Origin: an uncultured archaeon
GTDB taxonomy: Archaea > Nanobdellota > Nanobdellia > Woesearchaeales > CAIVOO01
DNA: 38,960 nt
Assembly: GCA_903842985.1 (NCBI GenBank)
Contig: CAIMOB010000038.1
Location: 1 to 38,960, forward strand
Direction: 5' to 3'
In this document: positions 8,250 to 15,657 of the stretch, in pieces
How the letters are laid out: each line of letters starts with the position of its first letter
Numbering within the stretch: the stretch's first letter is position 1
Made by a program: the position numbers and the translations under genes
Notes under the pieces: model-generated
Databases searched by the model: none
The model's input: only the letters and a program-made list of their open reading frames with translations
What the model was told of the DNA's origin: nothing

Positions 8250-8657
8250 ATGGCAGAAATAAAAGTTGTGCTTTCTAACCCAAAGACAGGAAAGAGTTAT
8301 CAGAAGGTCCTTAAGGACGAAGATTCTAAAAGACTGATGGGATTGAAGATAGGGGACAAAATAAAAGGCGAGACAATGGATCTTGCAGGCTACGAGTTCG
8401 AGGTAACCGGCGGCTCTGATTTCGCAGGCTTCCCAATGAGGAAGGATGTGCAGGGAATCGGAAGGAAAAAGATACTTGCAACAGAGGGTGTCGGCCTGAG
8501 AAAGAAAAGAAACGCAAGGGGCGTAAAAATCAGGAAGAGCGTTGCATCGAACACAATCTACGAGAAGACAGCGCAGGTTAACATGAAGGTGCTTAAGGAA
8601 GGAAAGATGCCTTTAGGAGAGGATAAGAAGAAAGAGGAAGAGAAAAAAGAGGGCTAA
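8250..8657 (+). CDS. rps6e: 30S ribosomal protein eS6
   Basis: LMGLKIGD...GYEFEVTGGSDFAGFPMRKDVQG...IRKSV...AQVNMKV. Confidence 0.96.
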   Translation: MAEIKVVLSNPKTGKSYQKVLKDEDSKRLMGLKIGDKIKGETMDLAGYEFEVTGGSDFAGFPMRKDVQGIGRKKILATEGVGLRKKRNARGVKIRKSVASNTIYEKTAQVNMKVLKEGKMPLGEDKKKEEEKKEG

Positions 8658-8709
8658 GATGACACAAATCAAGGATTTGCGAACATTTTAACTCATGAGG
8701 TTCGTTAAA

Positions 8710-8844
8710 ATGAACAACAAAAAAATAAGTTTTGACCCAAAAGCCTTGCTCGACAAAATAAAAAATATACCTACAAACAAGCTGATTGCCTATGCAGTCA
8801 TAATTTTGGGTGCGATATTGTTGATAATTGGATTGTTGATATAA
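8710..8844 (+). CDS. Small membrane protein, 44 aa (MNNKKISFDPKALLDKIKNIPTNKLIAYAVIILGAILLIIGLLI)
   Basis: Manual translation; GAGGT SD; C-terminal TM helix; its TAA overlaps the aIF2-gamma ATG (TAATG). Confidence 0.7.
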   Translation: MNNKKISFDPKALLDKIKNIPTNKLIAYAVIILGAILLIIGLLI

Positions 8845-10058
8845 TGGAACAACAGCCTGAAATAAACATTGAACTGGTTGGCCACGTTGACCACGGAAAG
8901 ACAACGCTAACTGAAAGGCTGTCGGGCAAATGGACAGACACACATTCTGAGGAAATCAAGAAGGGAATCACAATAAGGCTGGGCTATGCAGATGTTATTA
9001 TAAGGAAATGCGAGAAATGCGGCACCTACACAACAAAGGAAGAATGCGAATGCGGCGGAAAATCAAAGCCCGAAAGAGTAATCTCGCTTGTTGACGCGCC
9101 TGGGCACGAAAGCCTGATGGCGACAATGATTTCAGGCGCTACAATAATTGACGGCGCGCTGCTAATAATCGCCGCTGACGAAGCGTGCCCCCAGCCACAG
9201 ACAATGGAGCACCTGATGGCGCTCAAGATTATCGGGATTAAAAATATCATAGTTGTGCAGAACAAGATTGACATGGTGAGCAAGGAGGATGCTGTGAAGA
9301 ATTACCAGCAGGTGAAGGCATTTCTCAAGGACACGCCCTATGAAAACTCGCCAATCATCCCTATTTCTGCAAAGTATGGATTAAACATTGACATTCTTCT
9401 GGAAGCGATACAGGAATACATGCCGACGCCTGAGCGTGACCCGAAAAAGGACACGATTATGCTTGTTGCAAGGTCATTCGACATAAACAGGCCGGGAACT
9501 TTGCCGTCGAAAATGGTTGGAGGAGTTCTTGGAGGGGCATTGACACAGGGAATTTTCAAGGTTGGCGATGAAATAGAGCTCAAGCCGGGAAGAAAACTGG
9601 AGAAAGAGGGAAAAACAAGCTGGATTCCAATAGCAACAAAAATTGCTTCGTTGAGGACAGGAGATTTATCTGTAAAGCAGGTAAGGCCTGGCGGCTCAAT
9701 CGGATTGATGACAGAGCTTGACCCTTCGATTGTCAAGTCAGATCAGCTTGTTGGGAATGTTGTGGGACAGAAAGGGAAGCTTCCGCCCATCTGGAATGAT
9801 TTTGAGCTTGAGATACATCTATTGGAGAGGGTTGTTGGCGTCAGGGACAAAGTCGATGTCGAGCCAGTAAAGATGAACGAGCCTCTGATGCTGAATGTCA
9901 ATGCTGGAACAACAGTTGGGGTTGTTACTAAATTAGGAAAGGAAGGTGCTCACTGCGTCCTGAAACTGCCTGTCTGCGCTGAGAAGGGCGCAAGGGTGAC
10001 AATTTCAAGAAGAATCGGAACAAGATTTAGATTGATAGGGTATGGGATTATTAAGTGA
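8844..10058 (+). CDS. eif2g: Translation initiation factor 2 subunit gamma
   Basis: QPEINI..VGHVDHGKTT, KGITIRLGYAD, Zn knuckle, DAPGHESLMATM, CPQPQT, QNKID, RLIGYG. Confidence 0.97.
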   Translation: MEQQPEINIELVGHVDHGKTTLTERLSGKWTDTHSEEIKKGITIRLGYADVIIRKCEKCGTYTTKEECECGGKSKPERVISLVDAPGHESLMATMISGATIIDGALLIIAADEACPQPQTMEHLMALKIIGIKNIIVVQNKIDMVSKEDAVKNYQQVKAFLKDTPYENSPIIPISAKYGLNIDILLEAIQEYMPTPERDPKKDTIMLVARSFDINRPGTLPSKMVGGVLGGALTQGIFKVGDEIELKPGRKLEKEGKTSWIPIATKIASLRTGDLSVKQVRPGGSIGLMTELDPSIVKSDQLVGNVVGQKGKLPPIWNDFELEIHLLERVVGVRDKVDVEPVKMNEPLMLNVNAGTTVGVVTKLGKEGAHCVLKLPVCAEKGARVTISRRIGTRFRLIGYGIIK

Positions 10059-10662
10059 GAATCCACTTCAATAAAGAAATCTTCTTTGTTTCATTAACTG
10101 TCTCTTCCTTAGAGTTTGTCACATTGATGGTGTAATTTTTCTTCACAAGTCTCTGTGTTGTTGTGTAAAAGTTTGGATACGGATATTCGCATCTGAGGAA
10201 TTCCTGTATTTCACCTTCTTTGAATGCGCAGGAAATCGGATGCTCTGTTGCAACATTCTGCACCCACATGAAAAGCTCCTCAGCACCTGGCTTTATTTCT
10301 TTTTTTATGTCGCCATAGTCATATGTCCTGTCTTCTGTTGTAACAGTAACATAAAATGTGAAATTGCCTGGCTTGCTTTCAATGTTCTTTGCGTAAAGCC
10401 TGCAGACATTATACAATGAGCCGTTGATTGACTCGTATGTCTGGGTAAATCTTGGCTCATATTTGTATGCTGTTTTCTCGCATTCCCTGGCGCCATACGG
10501 CTTTGTCTCGTTGACAAGCTCATCAGAGTACCTTGTTTCTTGGGTTATGTATGGCACCTGTTTTTTGACTTCAACAAAAGTATTAACAGTGACTAATGAA
10601 AGAAATAAGAGAAATGCCAGTAGCGCAACAACTGCGATTCCCACCCAAACACCATTTCGCAT
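10051..10662 (-). CDS. Membrane-anchored hypothetical protein
   Basis: N-terminal TM helix; many N-x-S/T sequons; 4 Cys. Confidence 0.7.
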   Translation of the reverse strand: MRNGVWVGIAVVALLAFLLFLSLVTVNTFVEVKKQVPYITQETRYSDELVNETKPYGARECEKTAYKYEPRFTQTYESINGSLYNVCRLYAKNIESKPGNFTFYVTVTTEDRTYDYGDIKKEIKPGAEELFMWVQNVATEHPISCAFKEGEIQEFLRCEYPYPNFYTTTQRLVKKNYTINVTNSKEETVNETKKISLLKWILT

Positions 10663-10756
10663 GGTGTCTTATATGCACCGAACTTATATTTAAGGATTGC
10701 TATATGTATATTGGATTTGTGATAAAATTTATAAAACAACCTTGCAACCTAGAATC

Positions 10757-11689
10757 ATGCTTGAGCCGTTTCCCAATATAAATGAGGTTGTATTCAAGGA
10801 CAAGTTTGTAGAGCGGTACAGCAAGCTGACTGACTTTGAAGCATTCAGGAAACATTCGCTTTCTTATCCGCGCAAATCAATCAGAGTGAACACTTTGAAG
10901 ATTTCTGTTGCTGATTTGAAGAAAAGGCTTTCAAATAACTGGAAGCTGACGCAAATTCCCTGGTGCAAGGAGGGATTCTGGATTGAGGGCGAAAGAAGGG
11001 ATATTGGAAATCTGCCTGAGCATGTTCTCGGCTACATTTATGTGCAGGAAGCTGCCTCGATGATTCCTCCAATTGTCCTCCAGCCGGAGCCAGGTGAAAT
11101 AATCCTTGATATGTGCGCTGCGCCAGGAAGCAAGACAACCCAGATTGCGCAGTACATGAAAAATGAAGGTGTGCTTGTGACAAATGACCTAACAGTTGAA
11201 AGACTTGCTGCATTGGCAGTAAATGTCCAGAGGATGGGTATAACAAATGAGATAATCACAAGGATGCCGGGCCACAGGTTTAAGGAATTTGAATTTGACA
11301 GGATTCTTGTTGACGCGCCCTGCTCTGGAACAGGGACAATAAACAAGAGCATCAAGACAATTGAGATGTGGAATCCAGATATGGTCAGGAGACTGTCTGC
11401 AAACCAGAAACAGCTTCTTGTGACAGCGTTCAATAATTTGAAGCAAGGCGGAACAATTGTTTATTCGACATGCACAATGGAGCCAGAGGAAGACGAATGT
11501 GTTGTAGATTTCCTGGTAAACAAGTACGGCGCAAAAGTCGAGAAGATTGATTTGGACATAAAAAGAAGCGAGCCAATAACAGAATTTGAAGGCAAAACAT
11601 ACTCAGATGAAGTCAAGAAATGCCTCAGAATCTGGCCCCAGGACAATGGGACTGAGGGGTTCTTTGTAGCGAAGCTAAGGAAAGTTTAG
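10757..11689 (+). CDS. RsmB/NOL1/NOP2/Sun family RNA m5C methyltransferase (Trm4/RsmF-like)
   Basis: IRVNTLK, YVQEAASMIPP, LDMCAAPGSKTTQ, FDRILVDAPCSGTG, VYSTCT, GFFVAKL. Confidence 0.93.
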   Translation: MLEPFPNINEVVFKDKFVERYSKLTDFEAFRKHSLSYPRKSIRVNTLKISVADLKKRLSNNWKLTQIPWCKEGFWIEGERRDIGNLPEHVLGYIYVQEAASMIPPIVLQPEPGEIILDMCAAPGSKTTQIAQYMKNEGVLVTNDLTVERLAALAVNVQRMGITNEIITRMPGHRFKEFEFDRILVDAPCSGTGTINKSIKTIEMWNPDMVRRLSANQKQLLVTAFNNLKQGGTIVYSTCTMEPEEDECVVDFLVNKYGAKVEKIDLDIKRSEPITEFEGKTYSDEVKKCLRIWPQDNGTEGFFVAKLRKV

Positions 11690-12627
11690 CGTTTGGAAGA
11701 TTTTTTATCAGCATAAATCAAGTTTTCTTTTTCCTTGAACGCTGAGATGAATTCTGATTTCTTGCTGATAACGTAGAAAATCTCGCTGTCGAACTCTATC
11801 AATATGCAGCCGAAGTTTAATCTTTTGCACATCAACTCAACCCACCCCCTGTACGGGTGCCTCATGTCTTCTTTTGAAAGCGTCTTTGTTGAGAAGCTTG
11901 CGACTATGAAGTCAGAATTTATTGAATTTACAAGTTTTTCAGCAAGCTTATGCCCTGTTGTCTCAATTGTGTCAAGCACTTTGAAAAGGAAGCAGACATC
12001 TGTCTTTGGAAAAAACATCAGGATGTTGCCCTTATCTATCTCCCGCAGGTCAATCGGGATTGCCTCGCCAGTAATATTGATTTTTTTGAAATAACTGTTT
12101 ATCAGATTGCAGTCCTCTTTTGAGATGTCTGAAGCATAATAAGAAGGATGCGCCTTAAGGAAAGGGTAGGAAAACGGGTTCATGCCACAGCCCAAATCAA
12201 GTATTGATTTTGGCTTTCCTGTGATTTTGAAAATTTTCTCGTAGAGTTCAGGATAAATCGCCATCCTTTCTTTTGTAGATTCGTGCGTCCGGAGCATTTC
12301 AGTATGTGCATCAGTATCTGACAAGCTTCTCATCCTCTCCAGAATATTTCCCCTCTGGCTTGCATCAACAACAAACATGCCGTAGGATTTCCTCAGGACG
12401 CTTCTCACATGCTTTATGACAACCGCGTAATCTTCTGCCCTTTCAAACTGCTTCAGTGTCCTGTTTGTCGCAAGAAAAGCAACTGTCTTCGGGCTCTGCT
12501 TAAGAAACTTGACTATCTCGCTTCTTACAATTTCTGAATCAACATTCCTCAATTCCTTCTTCGCCCTTATATCAAACACTAATTTCTTAATCAGGCTTTG
12601 CTTTATTTGCTTGTTATTTATTATCAT
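11686..12627 (-). CDS. ArmA/Rmt (FmrO-family) 16S rRNA G1405-N7 methyltransferase-like protein
   Basis: Family-like motifs HESTKER, SILDLGCGMNPFSYP, YYASDI, DVCFLFKVLDTIE, VASFSTKTLS, EIFYVI. Confidence 0.75.
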   Translation of the reverse strand: MIINNKQIKQSLIKKLVFDIRAKKELRNVDSEIVRSEIVKFLKQSPKTVAFLATNRTLKQFERAEDYAVVIKHVRSVLRKSYGMFVVDASQRGNILERMRSLSDTDAHTEMLRTHESTKERMAIYPELYEKIFKITGKPKSILDLGCGMNPFSYPFLKAHPSYYASDISKEDCNLINSYFKKINITGEAIPIDLREIDKGNILMFFPKTDVCFLFKVLDTIETTGHKLAEKLVNSINSDFIVASFSTKTLSKEDMRHPYRGWVELMCKRLNFGCILIEFDSEIFYVISKKSEFISAFKEKENLIYADKKSSKR

Positions 12628-13861
12628 CTTTAATCCTCAAAAACAGTATTATTGCAGGGATATAAATGAACGCAGATATAAATATTGTCATTCGGGGGCC
12701 GAATGCGTCAATCAAAAATCCTGCTATTAATAGCGAAATGGTGGCGCTTGCTGCGCTAAACATCGAGTCAACAGATGTTATAGTTGCCCTCATTTCAGAA
12801 GGAACATGTTTTTGGAAATAAGGCGAGTAAATAGGGTAGACAAAGCGGGACATGTTTGCTGTAATCAGATAAAAGATAAATGCAGGGACAGGTCCGACAA
12901 AGAAAAAAACAGCTGAAATCCACAGCAAATCCGCAAAAACTATAAGTGCAAAATAATTTTTCTTATTTTTGAATTTTCCTGCCAGGTGCTTTGCGAGCAG
13001 GGGTATGAAAATTCCTGCTCCTGCAACAATAGTAAAAAGAAAGCCGAATGTTTTTATTTCAAGGTTGTTTAATACTAAAAATGGCTGGTAGGCAGTGAAC
13101 CACAGTTCAGATGCGAACGATCCGATTGCCGTAGCAATCATCAGATAGATAAGAACAGGATGCCCTACAGCGTATTTGATTCCTTCTTTGGAAACCTTAA
13201 TTGATTTTATGAATTCATTAATGATATGCTCCTCTTTCTCTCTTTTGAAATGCGCTTCAGAGACAAAAAATAATATTATGAGCGAGACGAAAAGCATACC
13301 TATGCCCTGGACAAGCCACACAATATCTATCCCTAAAAAAGCATGGCCAAGGAAAGTGTAGGTATTTTGTGTGGGAAAAATCAAAAGAAGCCCGCTGAGC
13401 AGAAGGCCGGCAAAAATCCCTCCCAGAGACAACAAACTTGAAAATGTTGCATAATAATCATCAATCAGGTCTGTCCTCTTTTTATGCCTTAAGAAGTCAA
13501 CGACCAGGGCGTCTTCTGCGCCAGAAATAAGAGTCGCTGCAAAACCCCATGCAACATAAAGAGCAACAAGCCAGAAAAAACTATCAATAAATGGCACAGT
13601 CAAAGGCAACAGCCCAAAAAGAAAAAATGCAGCAAGCACTGTCTTCTTCCTTCCAAAAATATCAGCTAAGGCGCCTGTTGGAATTTCAAAAATAAAGATA
13701 GCAGCAGTAAAAACGGCAAGTGATATCGAGATTTCAGTGAATGAAAATCCTTTGAGATTAAAATAAATAACCCAAACAAGCGGAGCTATTCCTAAGAAAT
13801 GCTCAAAGAACAAATAAGTGTAATAAGGCCAAAGCAGTTTTAATTCATCTTTCTTAAACAT
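12614..13861 (-). CDS. MFS transporter
   Basis: ~12 TM helices; FEIPTGALADIFGRKKT motif A; SGAEDAL; PSEMRATITS. Confidence 0.9.
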   Translation of the reverse strand: MFKKDELKLLWPYYTYLFFEHFLGIAPLVWVIYFNLKGFSFTEISISLAVFTAAIFIFEIPTGALADIFGRKKTVLAAFFLFGLLPLTVPFIDSFFWLVALYVAWGFAATLISGAEDALVVDFLRHKKRTDLIDDYYATFSSLLSLGGIFAGLLLSGLLLIFPTQNTYTFLGHAFLGIDIVWLVQGIGMLFVSLIILFFVSEAHFKREKEEHIINEFIKSIKVSKEGIKYAVGHPVLIYLMIATAIGSFASELWFTAYQPFLVLNNLEIKTFGFLFTIVAGAGIFIPLLAKHLAGKFKNKKNYFALIVFADLLWISAVFFFVGPVPAFIFYLITANMSRFVYPIYSPYFQKHVPSEMRATITSVDSMFSAASATISLLIAGFLIDAFGPRMTIFISAFIYIPAIILFLRIKDDNK

Positions 13862-13905
13862 ATTAAAAAACAAATGCATTGAATATAAAAATCTTTCTTT
13901 GAAGC

Positions 13906-14673
13906 TTACTTCTTGATTATCTTCCCGTCTCCGGGCAGAAAGAGCATTATCTCATCCAAGTCCCCGCCAATCTCTTTTTTAACCTGTTTTGCCAAGTCTG
14001 ACTTCTTTACATCGCCCTGCACAATTATTACATATTTCTCTGCATGCTTCTGGACAGCTGTTATCGGTCCGCCGATTACCTGCCCTTCTTTTATCCCCAC
14101 TGCAATTCGCATGTCAAAGTCCTTGACAAAGTTCTTCTTGCCATAAATCATGAAAGCGCCCCTTGCTATGTATTCGCCAGGCTTTGCTGTTTTTGTCACC
14201 TGCTCGGGCGCCACGTAAAAAACATCCGGGGAAATGCCAATCTTCCACGCCCTTGAATATGCTGCGCAGACACTTGCAGCTTCCCTGATTGTCGCTTCCG
14301 GAATCTTTCCTGCTGACTTTATGGTAACAAACGGCGAACCTGCCATTTCCGTATGAAACACCAAATCGTTCTTGTCAGTGTATTTCTTTACAACAATCTC
14401 ATTTGTTGTGGCGTCCCTCCCGCCTATAACGAGCAGATTGTCAGAAGATAGGAACCAGTGGAATTTTTCGTACCATGCCTTTTCCCTGCGCACAATTACC
14501 TTTCTTGTCTTCTCCTCTTCAGCAAAGCCCTTTTTCAGCTCTTCCAATTTTTTCTTCTGGGACTCTATGACTTTCTTGACTGTCTCTATTTTCTTTTTTG
14601 ATTTTTTTGATTTTTCAAAATAGTCAGAAGCATTTTGTTCAATTGATTTCTTGATATTTATTGTCAGTTTCAT
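13906..14673 (-). CDS. NFACT RNA-binding domain (DUF814) protein, Rqc2 C-terminal-like
   Basis: EQNASDYFEKSKK coiled coil, WYEKFHWFLSSD..LVIGGRDATTNE, FHTEMAGSP, AAYSRAW, GAFMIYGKKN. Confidence 0.88.
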   Translation of the reverse strand: MKLTINIKKSIEQNASDYFEKSKKSKKKIETVKKVIESQKKKLEELKKGFAEEEKTRKVIVRREKAWYEKFHWFLSSDNLLVIGGRDATTNEIVVKKYTDKNDLVFHTEMAGSPFVTIKSAGKIPEATIREAASVCAAYSRAWKIGISPDVFYVAPEQVTKTAKPGEYIARGAFMIYGKKNFVKDFDMRIAVGIKEGQVIGGPITAVQKHAEKYVIIVQGDVKKSDLAKQVKKEIGGDLDEIMLFLPGDGKIIKK

Positions 14674-14705
14674 TTTTTGAACACGCGCGGTTACGCGCTT
14701 ATTAT

Positions 14706-14772
14706 TATGACACTTGTAAAATAGCTTTTTCCCGCCCTAACGCCTTTTTCTCTGAAAAAGGGGTTTGTTTTA
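14706..14772 (-). repeat. Dispersed 67-bp intergenic element, copy A
   Basis: Reverse complement matches 34633-34699 at 58/67 positions without gaps. Confidence 0.9.
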
Positions 14773-15657
14773 TAACAGTCCCTGCGCCAGCGAAAGTATG
14801 AAAACAGCAATTGTAATCAGTATCAGAGAATGCTTTATGCCCTGCATCGCTGCGCCTTCTGCAAGTTTTCCAATGACAAGCCCTGCAAACAGCCCCTGCA
14901 GCGAGGCGAGCATTATCAGCACGCCGTGAAGGCTGACAAACCAGTCCCTAACTGAAGTTACGAATGCGGGAAATGATGAGAAAGCAATGTGGACTGTCTT
15001 TGTCATCCCACTGAATCCTGTTTTCATAATTCCTACTGTAGACTGCGCCTGTTCAAGGTTTGACATGTAGGGAATCAATAAGTTCTGTATGACAATCATA
15101 ACAACCAGGAAAACCATGAAAATCACATAGCTTTGGATTATTTGAGTGTTCGCAGCTGCCCTTCTTTTCTGCTTTATTCTCCTTATTTCAACAACAGATG
15201 AGGTTATTGCTTCAAGAACATCCTCTATGTTGCCGCCGCTCATCTCTGCCTCTATCACAGAAGCTATTGCTCTTTTGATTACTGCGTTTTTTGTTTCGTT
15301 TGCAAATACTGTCAGCGACTTGTGAATTGGGATTGCCCACTCTATCTGGTGTGCAAGCTTTACAACATAGGGTGTCAGGGCGCCGTAATCTATTGTAGAT
15401 ACGTGAAGTATTGCCTTTGGTGCAGGCATGCCTGACCTTATGGAACCTACAAGGTTTCTTACAAACTCAGGGAATTTTGACTCTATTTCACGCTGGTGGG
15501 CAAGTTTTACCAGGAATCCCACCCAGAAAGGAAGCCATCCAACGGTCACTACAATAATAAGCAAAGGAATAAACCAGGGTGTTGTGCGAAAGAACAGTAT
15601 GTCTATGAAAAATAATGTCAGCGCGAAAACGATTCCGATGATGTAATTCTTTTTCAT
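14770..15657 (-). CDS. Type II secretion system F / TadC-like membrane platform protein
   Basis: IESKFPEFVRNLVGSIRSGM, DYGALT, EAEMSGGNIEDVL, AGLVIGKLAEG...GIKHS. Confidence 0.88.
   Translation of the reverse strand: MKKNYIIGIVFALTLFFIDILFFRTTPWFIPLLIIVVTVGWLPFWVGFLVKLAHQREIESKFPEFVRNLVGSIRSGMPAPKAILHVSTIDYGALTPYVVKLAHQIEWAIPIHKSLTVFANETKNAVIKRAIASVIEAEMSGGNIEDVLEAITSSVVEIRRIKQKRRAAANTQIIQSYVIFMVFLVVMIVIQNLLIPYMSNLEQAQSTVGIMKTGFSGMTKTVHIAFSSFPAFVTSVRDWFVSLHGVLIMLASLQGLFAGLVIGKLAEGAAMQGIKHSLILITIAVFILSLAQGLL

Noticed and set aside
8593..8943. Minus-strand 116-aa ORF
   Set aside because: Overlaps rps6e and eif2g antisense; the plus-strand 44-aa ORF explains the gap.
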